Shown here: positions 17,644 through 27,228 of the stretch, piece by piece | Position numbering within the stretch: the stretch's first letter is position 1 | How the letters are laid out: each line of letters starts with the position of its first letter | DNA from: an uncultured Chloroflexia bacterium | GTDB taxonomy: Bacteria; Chloroflexota; Dehalococcoidia; GIF9; UBA5629 | Assembly (NCBI GenBank): GCA_963752975.1 | Contig: CAVWAG010000010.1 | Span: 101,292-165,291 of the forward strand | Direction of reading: 5' to 3' | Length of the DNA: 64,000 nt | Made by a program: the position numbers and the translations under genes | Notes under the pieces: generated by a model | Told to the model about the DNA's origin: nothing | Database searches by the model: none | Seen by the model: only the letters and a program-made list of their open reading frames with translations

Positions 17644-19140
17644 ATGACTACTTTTTATGACGATAGAAGGCCTTACGACAATTACGATGCGGCTACCAGG
17701 GAATGGGATGCCATTTTTATCGGCGGCGGCGCTTCGGGCAGGTTCGGGTCCTCGTATTTCCGTGCCATGGGCGGCAACCAGCTTACCATCGAGATGGACA
17801 ACCACCTGGGCGGCAAATGCTGCAAGAACGCCTGCGTCCTGCACCATTACCTCTACGAGATTGCGGTTGAACTGGACAAGGCGCGCATCTGGGACAAGAA
17901 GGAATACTGGCCTAAATTCCCCCGCAAGAACGGCAAGGTGGAGATATTGCCCATCTTGCGTGACTATTTGGTTGGACGTGAGTATGTCTTCGATTTCATG
18001 TTCTACCAGAGCAAAGAACAGCTCAAGCTGCAGTTCCTGATTAACCAGCGCGCTTCCATCATAGATCCCCATACGGTCAAAGTCGAGGGCAAAGGCGAGT
18101 TCAGGACGAAAAATATCATCGTGGCCGCCGGCGCCGGTCCGTCCGTGCCCAACGTGCCGGGAAAGGACCTCAAGGGCGTTTACACCTACGCCAACTTCCT
18201 CGAATTGGATTATGAGCCGAAGGATGTGGTGGTGGTGGGCGCATCCAAGAGCGGCTTGCCCTGGGCCTGCTTTTTCAATGCCGTCGGCTGTAATACCACC
18301 GTGGTTGAGATGGCGCCCGCGCTCAGCCAGTTCCCCATCGACGATGACGTGCGGGATTACACGCTGCGCATGATGCAAATCAGGGGTTTGCCGGTAATGG
18401 ATGAGACCACACTGATCTCAATCAACGGCAATGGCGCTGTGAAATCGGTCACGGTTAAAGGCAAGGATGGAAAGGAAAAGGTCATAAAGGCTGACCTGGT
18501 TTACCTGGGAACCGGCTGCACACCGAGGTCGGAGCTTGTAACGCCGCTGGGCGTCAAGACCGGTCCCAAGAAAGAGATAATAATTGACAGGCATATGGCG
18601 ACCAGCGTGCCTGGCATCTATGCCAGCGGCGATATAACCGGTGGTGTAATGGAGATGTGGAAGGCCAGGCAGGGCGGCATGCTGGCTTCCAAGAATATCC
18701 TCGGGGACCCGGCTGAATTTGAAACGGAACTTTTCGCTGATACGGTGCATACTTTTTACGAGACTACCTGGGTAGGCATGACCGAGAAGGAAGCTAAGGA
18801 GAAGGTCGGGCAGGTATTCGTGGTGCGGATGCCGATACAGGGATATAAAAACTGGCTGCCGCTGCCGCTATGCGAAGGGACGATGGAATTCGCTCACCAG
18901 TGGACGGACCTCTCCGGGTACCAGAAGATTATCTATGACGCGAAAACCAGGAAATTTCTCGGCGCACAGCATGTGGGCTACGGTGGCAAGGACTCATTCC
19001 AATACCTGCTTTATCTGCTGAAGAAAGGCGCGACTATTGACGACATCGCCAACCTGACCGAGCTTTTCATCAACCCCACGCACTTCATACAGCTATCCCG
19101 CCTGCGCTCCGGTATGAAGAACCTGGTAGACCTTGGCTGA
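17644..19140 (+). CDS. Class I pyridine nucleotide-disulfide oxidoreductase (FAD/NAD(P)-binding) with an atypical CCxxxC redox motif.
   Basis: Has a GGGASG FAD motif. The redox site GGKCCKNAC aligns with the canonical GGTCxNxGC. An NPTHF motif is present in the C-terminal dimerisation domain. Confidence 0.7.
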   Translation: MTTFYDDRRPYDNYDAATREWDAIFIGGGASGRFGSSYFRAMGGNQLTIEMDNHLGGKCCKNACVLHHYLYEIAVELDKARIWDKKEYWPKFPRKNGKVEILPILRDYLVGREYVFDFMFYQSKEQLKLQFLINQRASIIDPHTVKVEGKGEFRTKNIIVAAGAGPSVPNVPGKDLKGVYTYANFLELDYEPKDVVVVGASKSGLPWACFFNAVGCNTTVVEMAPALSQFPIDDDVRDYTLRMMQIRGLPVMDETTLISINGNGAVKSVTVKGKDGKEKVIKADLVYLGTGCTPRSELVTPLGVKTGPKKEIIIDRHMATSVPGIYASGDITGGVMEMWKARQGGMLASKNILGDPAEFETELFADTVHTFYETTWVGMTEKEAKEKVGQVFVVRMPIQGYKNWLPLPLCEGTMEFAHQWTDLSGYQKIIYDAKTRKFLGAQHVGYGGKDSFQYLLYLLKKGATIDDIANLTELFINPTHFIQLSRLRSGMKNLVDLG

Positions 19141-19168
19141 GGATTCCTTGCGAGGCTGAGATAATAAT

Positions 19169-19208
19169 ATCGGCAATCCTGCTTGATGCGGGATTGCCGA
19201 TTTACTTC
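19169..19208 (+). terminator. Stem-loop downstream of the oxidoreductase gene (perfect 11-bp stem ATCGGCAATCC / GGATTGCCGAT).
   Basis: An inverted repeat at 19169-19201 is followed by a T-rich stretch. Confidence 0.55.
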
Positions 19209-19216
19209 AAGGGCAG

Positions 19217-20053
19217 GTGATAAAGATGAAGATTAAAGATTTCGAGGGCAGAACGGCCTATATCACGGGCGGTTCCAGCGGTATCGGGTTGGCCTGTGCG
19301 CAGATGCTGGCTGCAAAGGGCGCCAATGTACTGATAATGGCCAGGCGTTCGGGCCTACTTGAAACTGCTGTAAAGCAGATCGAAAAAAAACGGATATCCG
19401 AAAAGCAGCGTTTTTCCGCTGTTCAACTGGATGTATCCGATAAAGACCTGGTCGCGGGCTCCCTGGCAAACGCAGTGAAGGAATTCGGTCCGCCTGATAT
19501 TTTAATCAACAGCGCGGGCACCTCCTTCCCCCAGAAATTCGAGGATATCCCATTTGAAAAATACGATGAGATAATGAGGGTGAACCTTTACGGGACCTGG
19601 AATACCGTCTCAGACCTGTTACCGTGTTTGAAACAAAGCCACGGTTATATCATCAACGTTTCTTCAGTGGCTGGCTATATAGGTGTCTTTGGTATGACAG
19701 CTTACAGCGCCTCCAAGTTTGCCGTGATCGGGTTCTCTGAAGCTTTGAGGAGCGAGTTGAAGCGGTTTGGTGTCAGCGTATCAGTGCTTTGCCCGCCTGA
19801 CGTGGATACTCCCATGCTCGAAAGGGCGGACAAAATAAAGCCGGAGGAAACGAAGGCTATATCGGCAACGGCGAAGATAATGACAGCCGAGCAGGTGGCA
19901 AAAGCTGTACTGGATGGAATGGGGAAGGGCGTTTTCCTCATTCTGCCCGGTTCCGGCACAAGGTTTACCTATGATATGAAACGTTTATTTCCCGGCCTTG
20001 TCGAATTTATTACGGATCGTCAAATTGCCGGGTCACGTGATATGAATAAATGA
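19217..20053 (+). CDS. Short-chain dehydrogenase/reductase (SDR family).
   Basis: Has the TGGSSGIG cofactor motif and the YSASK catalytic motif. Confidence 0.8.
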   Translation: MIKMKIKDFEGRTAYITGGSSGIGLACAQMLAAKGANVLIMARRSGLLETAVKQIEKKRISEKQRFSAVQLDVSDKDLVAGSLANAVKEFGPPDILINSAGTSFPQKFEDIPFEKYDEIMRVNLYGTWNTVSDLLPCLKQSHGYIINVSSVAGYIGVFGMTAYSASKFAVIGFSEALRSELKRFGVSVSVLCPPDVDTPMLERADKIKPEETKAISATAKIMTAEQVAKAVLDGMGKGVFLILPGSGTRFTYDMKRLFPGLVEFITDRQIAGSRDMNK

Positions 20054-20071
20054 CACTTGTATGGCTATGCC

Positions 20072-21166
20072 CTACTGCCCGTTACCCCGGCTTTGCTTGT
20101 AGGGATGGCTTAGGCCTTTAAGTTCTTCCAGCATGCTTGATCTTTCGAAAGCCTGCTCCTCGGTAATAGTTCCACTGGCAATCAGGTCGGCCAGTGCCTG
20201 GTTAAGTGTCTGCATGCCCTCGTTGCTCGAAAGTTGCATTATGCTGTAGAGCTGGTGAACCCGTCCTTCCCGAATGGTGTTGCGTACCGCATTGTTGGCC
20301 AAAAGTATCTCGCAGGCAGGCACCCGTCCCTTACCGCCAGAACGCGGGATCAGTGTCTGGCAGACAACTCCCACTAAAATCTGGGCAAGTTCGGAGCGCA
20401 CCTGTTCATGTTGACTGGCGGGAAACATGTCTATAATGCGGTTCACCGTCTGTATGGCGTCGGCAGTATGCAAGGTGCCCATGACTAAATGCCCGGTCTC
20501 AGCGGCCCTCAAAGCCGTAGTCATGGTCATCACCTCGCGCATTTCCCCCACCACTATTACGTCGGGATCGTGGCGCAAAGCATGTATCAGGGCAGTATCG
20601 AAAGATTCTGTATCTGTACCGAGGTTTCTCTGTGCGATAAGGCAGTTTTTATTGGTGTAAATATATTCAACAGGGTCTTCGATGGTTATGATCGTACGTT
20701 CCTGGTTTTCGTTGAGATAATTGACCATCGCCGCTATTGTGCTTGACTTACCGCTTCCGGTGGGGCCGGTAATAAGGACCAACCCCATCGGTTTTATAGC
20801 CAGTTTGCTGAGTATGGGGGGTAAGCACAATTCCTCCAGGCTGGGGATATTGAAAGGTATTACCCTGATAGAAATGCTGAGCGTTGATCTCTGCTGCATG
20901 ACGCTGATCCTGCAGCGGGTCAGGCCCGGTATACTGTAATCGATATCTAACTCGTGGTGCAGGGCGAATTCACGCCTTTTTTCAATTGGCGCAATCTCCT
21001 CAAAAATCTCCTCTACATCCCGGTGAGTGAGTGGATTTATACCCTCAATTGGCACCAAATTTCCATGGATGCGCAGTGTGGGTAACGATGAAGCCATTAG
21101 ATGCAGGTCAGAAGCCTGGTTTGCGACGGCAAGTTCGAGAAATCCCTTATATTCAATTGAAATCAA
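20072..21166 (-). CDS. pilT: PilT-type twitching-motility ATPase (type IV pilus retraction ATPase family).
   Basis: Has a Walker A motif GPTGSGKSST and a PilT-like N-domain. Confidence 0.75.
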   Translation of the reverse strand: MISIEYKGFLELAVANQASDLHLMASSLPTLRIHGNLVPIEGINPLTHRDVEEIFEEIAPIEKRREFALHHELDIDYSIPGLTRCRISVMQQRSTLSISIRVIPFNIPSLEELCLPPILSKLAIKPMGLVLITGPTGSGKSSTIAAMVNYLNENQERTIITIEDPVEYIYTNKNCLIAQRNLGTDTESFDTALIHALRHDPDVIVVGEMREVMTMTTALRAAETGHLVMGTLHTADAIQTVNRIIDMFPASQHEQVRSELAQILVGVVCQTLIPRSGGKGRVPACEILLANNAVRNTIREGRVHQLYSIMQLSSNEGMQTLNQALADLIASGTITEEQAFERSSMLEELKGLSHPYKQSRGNGQ

Positions 21167-21206
21167 ATCCCGCGGAAATATTTAATAGCTCCATATTTAT
21201 AAGATG

Positions 21207-22541
21207 CTATTCGCCCAGGCGGATAATATTATCCGCCTTTATGCCCACCGTACAGCCGCGGGTATCAAAAACCAGCTTTGAATCTTTAACAATACTTTTT
21301 AAGTCGTAGTTACTGTGGTCAGTGACTATCACTGTGCAGTCATAGTTGCTCAAGATAGTTTTATCAAGCTTAATCGAGCGTAGTTTCAGGTTTCCCTCCT
21401 TAACTTCGAGTATGTATGGATCGTGGTAATCCACCTTGGCTTTTTTCTCAAGCAGCAACTCAATGACATGCAAAGCCGGCGATTCCCTGAGGTCTTCGAT
21501 GTCTTTTTTATAGGCAACGCCCAGTACAAGGATCCTGGAACCTTTCACACTCTTGCTGCGAGTATTAAGGGTATCAACGATACGCTCGACTATATATTCG
21601 GGCATAGTCTCATTAATTTCCGCGGCAAGTTCGATGAACCTCGTGTGAAATAAATATTCCCTGGCTTTGCTGGCAAGGTAGTAAGGGTCTAAGGGAATGC
21701 AATGGCCGCCCACCCCCGGTCCGGGATAAAAAGGCATATAACCGAACGGTTTGCTTGAAGCGCACTTGATGACTTCCCACACGTTTATATTCATCTTTTC
21801 ACACAGTTTGGCTAATTCGTTTACCAGGGCTATGTTGACGCTGCGGAAAACGTTTTCGAAGACCTTGTCCATTTCAGCTACCTCGGGTGTAGAAACCTCC
21901 AGCACTTTATCTGAAACATGTGCGTAGAGCAGTGCCGCAAGTTTGGTGGATTTAGGCTCCATGCCACCGACTACCTTGGGTGTATTCCTTATTGTGAATT
22001 TTCTGCTGCCGGGGTCGATGCGCTCCGGCGAAAAGGTCAGGAAGTAATCGATCCCGACCCTGAGACCGGTTGATTCCAGCAACGGAAGAACGATTTCACG
22101 CGTGGTTCCCGGATAGGTAGTGCTTTCCAGTATTACCAGGTGGCCCAGGCGCAGGTAACGTGCGATATCATTGGTGGCGCTCACGATATATGTTAAATCC
22201 GGTTCCTTGGTTTTGGTGAGCGGTGTCGGAACACAGATAATGATCGTATCTACCCTGCGTAGCGCTGATTGGTTGGTTGACGCTTTCAGTCGCCCGCTGG
22301 CAACGGCCTTTTTTAAACGTGCAGATTCGATATCAAGTAGATACGAGACACCGCGCGTAATTTTATCCACACGTCCCTTATCGGAATCAATGCCGGTTAC
22401 GTTGAATCCAGCCTCGGCAAAGGCCAATGCCAGGGGCAACCCGACGTAACCAAGGCCAACTATCCCTATTTCGGCTGATTTGTCTGTTATCCTGCTTTCC
22501 AGGTTACGCAGATCGTTCACCGTCAATTCGGCACGCGGCAT
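21207..22541 (-). CDS. UDP-glucose/GDP-mannose dehydrogenase family enzyme (nucleotide-sugar dehydrogenase).
   Basis: Has an N-terminal GLGYVGLP Rossmann motif. The 444-aa length is typical of the Ugd/WecC family. Confidence 0.8.
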   Translation of the reverse strand: MPRAELTVNDLRNLESRITDKSAEIGIVGLGYVGLPLALAFAEAGFNVTGIDSDKGRVDKITRGVSYLLDIESARLKKAVASGRLKASTNQSALRRVDTIIICVPTPLTKTKEPDLTYIVSATNDIARYLRLGHLVILESTTYPGTTREIVLPLLESTGLRVGIDYFLTFSPERIDPGSRKFTIRNTPKVVGGMEPKSTKLAALLYAHVSDKVLEVSTPEVAEMDKVFENVFRSVNIALVNELAKLCEKMNINVWEVIKCASSKPFGYMPFYPGPGVGGHCIPLDPYYLASKAREYLFHTRFIELAAEINETMPEYIVERIVDTLNTRSKSVKGSRILVLGVAYKKDIEDLRESPALHVIELLLEKKAKVDYHDPYILEVKEGNLKLRSIKLDKTILSNYDCTVIVTDHSNYDLKSIVKDSKLVFDTRGCTVGIKADNIIRLGE

Positions 22542-22701
22542 TTCGGCACTCTCCCTAAGTCTCTTTATTCACCGTTCTGTTCATCAAGCATAGTTTAGCC
22601 GTGGAGTAATGCTGTGTCAAAAGACGGCCTAGCCTGATTTAAGCGCATGTCAATAAGAGCGTTGACGAGCCGGATAACTGCCAAATAGTGAGTTACCATA
22701 A

Positions 22702-22729
22702 TTGACATATTTAAAACATTGGGTATAAT
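22702..22729 (+). promoter_or_regulatory. Consensus sigma-70 promoter (TTGACA-16-TATAAT) 9 nt upstream of the kinase ATG.
   Basis: TTGACA lies at 22702-22707 and TATAAT at 22724-22729. The first ATG is at 22739. Confidence 0.55.
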
Positions 22730-22738
22730 TGAAGCTGA

Positions 22739-23977
22739 ATGAGTATGCAACAGGCCGGGCATCAAAAAAACAAATATCTATATTTGCTTTCGGATATCTC
22801 GGATGTGGTTTCCAGTGCGCTTGCTGATAAGGAGATTCTTGATAGTGTCCTGTGGGAAATGGGCAACGCTATTGATCTGGATGCCTGCTGGATACAGAAA
22901 TTTAATGCGTCCACAAATTCCCTGGTACTGGTTGTACAGCATGGATTGACTGAGTCCTTGCTAAAGGAGTTGGAATCTGTTCAGATTGGCATGGACACTA
23001 TCGGCAGAGTTGCATTGGATAGGAAAACGATATACTGCAATGATGTGAGCAACGACCCAAATTACAATTGGGATGCGGCAGCTAAAGCCGGTTTTCTCTC
23101 ACTCATTGCGGCCCCCGTGATTTCGAGCAGTAAATTAGTGGGATTGATCGGGGGACTTTCGCTAAAGTCCAACCTTTTTTCATTAAATGAAATCAAGCTG
23201 ATGTCTGCGGTGTCTTCATGTGTTTCCGATGTGTGCATTCGGGCCTGTCTTGATCATGAGGAAGCTGAGGTCGCCAAGCAGCAGGACGAAATTACGCATA
23301 CTCATCTGTTTTTAAGCGCGCTGAGCCATGAGTTGAAAACACCTCTGACAGCGATCATTGCATCTACGGGACTGCTGGTAGAAGAACTGGAGAAAAAACA
23401 GGAAGCGACGTTATTGAAGATAGCGCAAAATATATCGCGAAGTGCTACCAGCTTGCAAAACCGTTTGAGCGAGCTCATTAACCTTTCTAAAAATAAGGAA
23501 GAAACTTTCGGGATAAGTAAAAAAGAGTTCGACTTCTCCCGGTTGGCGGCAGAGGTGGCCGACCAGGTTTTATCCCTGGTTAAACAAAAAAAACAGACCT
23601 TGAATCTGGATGTAACTCCATATATTAAGATACATGCGGATGATCAGAGGATAGAGCAGGTATTGCTGAATCTGTTATCCAACGCAATAAAGTTCACGCC
23701 TGAAGGCGGGCAAATATTTTTAAAAGCCCATAAAGATGAGAAGAGGCTGGTTGTCAATGTGCAGGATAGCGGACCGGGTATCCCCAATGAAGAAAAAAAG
23801 AAACTATTTGTCCCTTATTATCATCCGTCCACTGACAGATCAGGTATTCCCGGCCTGGGTCTTGGTTTGGCGATCAGCAAGCAGATCGTTGAATTACACG
23901 GCGGTGCTATTTGGGTACAAAGCGATGTCGGCAGCGGCAGCACCTTCTCATTTTCGCTGCCTCTGAGTGAAAAATAA
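22739..23977 (+). CDS. Sensor histidine kinase with an N-terminal GAF-like domain.
   Basis: Has the H-box SHELKTPLTAI and an HATPase_c region (NLLSNAIKFT, GLGLGLAISK). Confidence 0.8.
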   Translation: MSMQQAGHQKNKYLYLLSDISDVVSSALADKEILDSVLWEMGNAIDLDACWIQKFNASTNSLVLVVQHGLTESLLKELESVQIGMDTIGRVALDRKTIYCNDVSNDPNYNWDAAAKAGFLSLIAAPVISSSKLVGLIGGLSLKSNLFSLNEIKLMSAVSSCVSDVCIRACLDHEEAEVAKQQDEITHTHLFLSALSHELKTPLTAIIASTGLLVEELEKKQEATLLKIAQNISRSATSLQNRLSELINLSKNKEETFGISKKEFDFSRLAAEVADQVLSLVKQKKQTLNLDVTPYIKIHADDQRIEQVLLNLLSNAIKFTPEGGQIFLKAHKDEKRLVVNVQDSGPGIPNEEKKKLFVPYYHPSTDRSGIPGLGLGLAISKQIVELHGGAIWVQSDVGSGSTFSFSLPLSEK

Positions 23978-23994
23978 TTGGAAAACACAATTTT

Positions 23995-24732
23995 ATGCCG
24001 GAACCTGTGAAGATACTGCTTATTGAAGATAATGCAGACATCCGTGAAATCACGTGCCTGATATTTGAAATACACTGGCCTGAAGCTAACATAGTCCAGG
24101 CTGTCAAGGGGTCTGAAGGCCTTGCCTTGATGAAATCGGAAAAGCCCGATTTGGTGTTGCTCGACTTAGGCCTTCCAGATATGGACGGCATGCGGGTTCT
24201 CAAGGAGATACGCGATTACACTGATGTCCCTGTGGTCATATTGACTGTGCGTGGTGAGGAGATGGACAAGGTCAGGGGTTTGGAGATGGGCGCAGATGAT
24301 TACATAGTCAAACCATTCAGCCATAAGGAACTATTGGCGCGTATCAAGGCAGTGTTGCATCACCGGCAAAAAACACCTCCGGCGGTGAAAAAGCAGGATT
24401 ACGCCGGTCAGCCTGGTTTGCTTGCTGCCAGGAAGAAAACCACAGCCAATCGCCTGGTTATCGATTTCAGCAAAGACGTGGTCTATAAAGACGGCAATGC
24501 GGTGAAATTAACGGGGACCGAATTGACCCTTTTGAAGTATTTGGCTTCAGCCTCAGGGCAGGTTATCTCGGCTAATAATATACTTACACGAGTATGGGGT
24601 CCGGAATATGTTGATAGCACTGCACATCTGCAGGAATATATACGCCGTCTCCGGGAAAAATTGGAGGATGACCCTGCTAACCCTAAAATATTGTTGAAGG
24701 AAGATGATGGATATAAATATGCTGAGTATTAA
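23995..24732 (+). CDS. OmpR-family response regulator (receiver domain plus winged-helix).
   Basis: Has a receiver domain with the phospho-acceptor Asp (LVLLDLGLPDMDG) and a Trans_reg_C-type C-terminus. Confidence 0.8.
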   Translation: MPEPVKILLIEDNADIREITCLIFEIHWPEANIVQAVKGSEGLALMKSEKPDLVLLDLGLPDMDGMRVLKEIRDYTDVPVVILTVRGEEMDKVRGLEMGADDYIVKPFSHKELLARIKAVLHHRQKTPPAVKKQDYAGQPGLLAARKKTTANRLVIDFSKDVVYKDGNAVKLTGTELTLLKYLASASGQVISANNILTRVWGPEYVDSTAHLQEYIRRLREKLEDDPANPKILLKEDDGYKYAEY

Positions 24733-24792
24733 CCCTGGTATATCTAAGTTATTGAATAGAATAATGCCGGTTTTTATTGTGAGGGACTGAAA

Positions 24793-25791
24793 ATGAGTGA
24801 AATTCTCTTTCTTTCAAGTGACCCTGTTCTAAAAGAAAAAAACCTCGAGATTATGCAGCAAAGTGGACTTGATGCGGCTGGTACGTCGGGTTGTCTTGAA
24901 GGGCTTGTTATGCTCGATAAGAACAAATATCAAGTAGTTGTAATTGACGACGAACTGTCCGATGTAAGTGGCTATGAGGCTTGCCTCAAGGTAAGACAGC
25001 AACAGGGAGTTTTAATCGTACTGCTGGGCAATATCCCGGATTCGGACGCCTGGGCCAGGGTAGAGGAACTGGGCTTTGACCTGTATTTGCGCAAGCCTGT
25101 CAGTCCCCGTGAACTGCTCGCACGTATCAAGGCGATGCTGCGGAGGCCGGGATCGGATAAAGCAGAGGCTAAGCCAACGGTTCAACCGGCAGTACAGCCA
25201 CAGGAGCGCGTTGCCCAGGGACAACCAGCGGTACAAACGTTTGTACTACCTAGGCCGGGGTCGGGGACGGCATCGCCGCCGGTTGAGGCGGTAAAACCCG
25301 TTGAACAAGCTCCCGTTGTACAGCAAGCTGCTGCTTTTCCTCCACCGGCGGCTCCTGCTCAGCCAGCAGGCCGGATGTCCCAGGCCGAACCGGTTCAGCA
25401 ATTCTATAACCGCAGGACAACCGATCAGGTTAAGCCTGGTGTCCCAAATACATCCGAGGTACCCGCTGTAAAGGAGGTATACTCGCAACCGCCCGTGACC
25501 CCGGTGCAACAGACATACGACCAGGCGCCCGCGGTGTTTGTCCGGCCCAGGGGGCCTCATATTTCGATGGATACGGCACAGCAGGCTCCGCCTCAGCCGG
25601 AAGTCATAATACCGAAGCAAGCAACTTCGCTAAAGCAAGAAGCTGCCCCAACTATTGTGCCGCCTTTGGAAAGAGATCTTCAGAATAAAGTAAGAGGGCC
25701 GGTGGCTCCTCCCCCTTTCCGCAGCAGGCAGCCGTGCCGGCCCGCATACAATCGTCACCGAACGATGACGAGGATGGAGCTGCAATTTTGA
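24793..25791 (+). CDS. Receiver-domain protein with a long Pro/Gln/Ala-rich low-complexity C-terminal tail.
   Basis: Has an N-terminal CheY-like receiver domain (VVVIDDELSD). The C-terminal ~200 aa are PQAV-rich and unstructured. Confidence 0.6.
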   Translation: MSEILFLSSDPVLKEKNLEIMQQSGLDAAGTSGCLEGLVMLDKNKYQVVVIDDELSDVSGYEACLKVRQQQGVLIVLLGNIPDSDAWARVEELGFDLYLRKPVSPRELLARIKAMLRRPGSDKAEAKPTVQPAVQPQERVAQGQPAVQTFVLPRPGSGTASPPVEAVKPVEQAPVVQQAAAFPPPAAPAQPAGRMSQAEPVQQFYNRRTTDQVKPGVPNTSEVPAVKEVYSQPPVTPVQQTYDQAPAVFVRPRGPHISMDTAQQAPPQPEVIIPKQATSLKQEAAPTIVPPLERDLQNKVRGPVAPPPFRSRQPCRPAYNRHRTMTRMELQF

Positions 25792-25802
25792 GCGATCCGC
25801 GC

Positions 25803-26372
25803 GTGGTCAAACTTGTGGATGCGCTGGTCAGCGGCAAATTACCTGATATCAATCCGGTTGTAGATTTCAGTTATAAGACAGGCTATGCGTATCCCGCAGT
25901 CAGCAGTCTTATAGACGCGTCCGACCAGGACTCCATTAATATTCTTGAAACGCTGGCTAACAATGGCATACTCATAAAACAGCCTTTTGAAAAATTTTAT
26001 ATCGATCCCGATGGTTTATTTCAACTGGTGCCCACCGAGCGTTGCCCTCGCTGCGACTCGGCCAATATCATAAAAGGGCAGTTGGTGGAACATTTTTCCT
26101 GCGGTTATGTGGGAATGGACAAGGACTTCAAGCAGGAAAGCCGCTATGTATGCCCCAAGTGCCGCAAGGATTTACGATTAATCGGTACTGATTACCGCAA
26201 CGTAGGTATACACTACAGGTGCCAGGATTGCAACGAGGTATTCACAACACCAGTGGTGAAGTGGCGCAACATGAAAACACGAAAAGTATGGAATGCTGAA
26301 GAATTAAGGAGGTCGAAACATTTTCCTACCAGTTCAGCCCGGATAAAAAAGGGTGGCTTGAGTTCCAGATGA
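25803..26372 (+). CDS. Multi-CxxC zinc-ribbon protein (possibly a TackOD1-like output domain). The start is uncertain (GTG 25803 or TTG 25788).
   Basis: Has CPRC, H..C, CPKC and CQDC motifs. The frame is open from 25734, but the upstream Met overlaps the preceding gene, so an alternative start is inferred. Confidence 0.45.
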   Translation: MVKLVDALVSGKLPDINPVVDFSYKTGYAYPAVSSLIDASDQDSINILETLANNGILIKQPFEKFYIDPDGLFQLVPTERCPRCDSANIIKGQLVEHFSCGYVGMDKDFKQESRYVCPKCRKDLRLIGTDYRNVGIHYRCQDCNEVFTTPVVKWRNMKTRKVWNAEELRRSKHFPTSSARIKKGGLSSR

Positions 26373-27148
26373 AACCTAAAACACAGTTAGTGGATTTTTT
26401 AAAGAACCAGGGCTACCAGGTGCATGAATTGGCCCAGTTAACCGGACGGTCAGGTGCGGTGCATACGGTGGATGTACTGGCTATCAGGGACGACATAATT
26501 ACCAAGGTTTATCTTGGCATTGGAATCCTGGTTGCCGCTACAGGTGAACCGGAGGTTGGTCTGGAATCATTATTCAGGTTTGATACGCGTGCCTATGATA
26601 TCGGCATCAATTACAAGGTAGTAATTGCCATTCCCAAACTCGGACCTGAAGCAATGAATTTTGCGGGGAGGCAGATGATCCGGGCTTATGAAGCCAAAAC
26701 TTTAGCCGCAGTAGTTGCGGATTTAACCCATATGGACCGCTCCAGGATTGGCATGCAAAGCAGGGTTGAGGCTATTGATAATCAGCCGTCATCTCCATCT
26801 TCGAGCGCCAGGGTAACGGTCGTGAAATTCCTTCGTAACCGTGGATATGAAGTTTACGAAAGGGCACTCATACTGGGCAAATCGGGTGTAGAGCACGTAT
26901 TTGATATATTTGCCAGAAAGGACGACAAAATTGTGGTGCCGGCCATAGCCATCGGTATTGCCAGCAGCACTACAGGCCAGCCGGTTGGCCTGGATGAGAT
27001 ATCGAAGTTCGATGCTGCCGCTTTCGATGCAGGCATACGCAATAAAGTATTCTTAGGATTGCCTCAAATCAGCGACCAGGCCAAGCAATTTGCCATGCAG
27101 CAAAAAATAGATATATTTGAACAACAGGATTTAGGGAAATTAATGTGA
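26369..27148 (+). CDS. Protein of two tandem ~115-aa repeats with a degenerate Mrr/Hjc-type restriction-endonuclease-like fold.
   Basis: Repeat 1 is LVDFLKNQGYQVHELAQLTGRSGAVHTVDVLA... and repeat 2 is VVKFLRNRGYEVYERALILGKSGVEHVFDIFA.... The G-x-SG-x-x-H-x-x-D-[VI]-[LF]-A strand resembles the Mrr_cat core. There is no clear (D/E)xK in repeat 2. Confidence 0.45.
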   Translation: MKPKTQLVDFLKNQGYQVHELAQLTGRSGAVHTVDVLAIRDDIITKVYLGIGILVAATGEPEVGLESLFRFDTRAYDIGINYKVVIAIPKLGPEAMNFAGRQMIRAYEAKTLAAVVADLTHMDRSRIGMQSRVEAIDNQPSSPSSSARVTVVKFLRNRGYEVYERALILGKSGVEHVFDIFARKDDKIVVPAIAIGIASSTTGQPVGLDEISKFDAAAFDAGIRNKVFLGLPQISDQAKQFAMQQKIDIFEQQDLGKLM

Positions 27149-27228
27149 GTTCAGCTGTTTACACCCTTTTTAACGCAAATTGCAGCAGAGATATCCCGGC
27201 AGGTCTAAAGTGAAGAACATCGCAATTT

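Noticed and set aside
25012-25620. Antisense and alternative-frame ORFs (74, 72 and 124 aa) within the P/Q-rich tail of the receiver protein.
   Set aside because: They are low-complexity, R-rich translations of a compositionally biased region. The sense-frame receiver/PQ ORF is far longer and is contiguous with the receiver domain.
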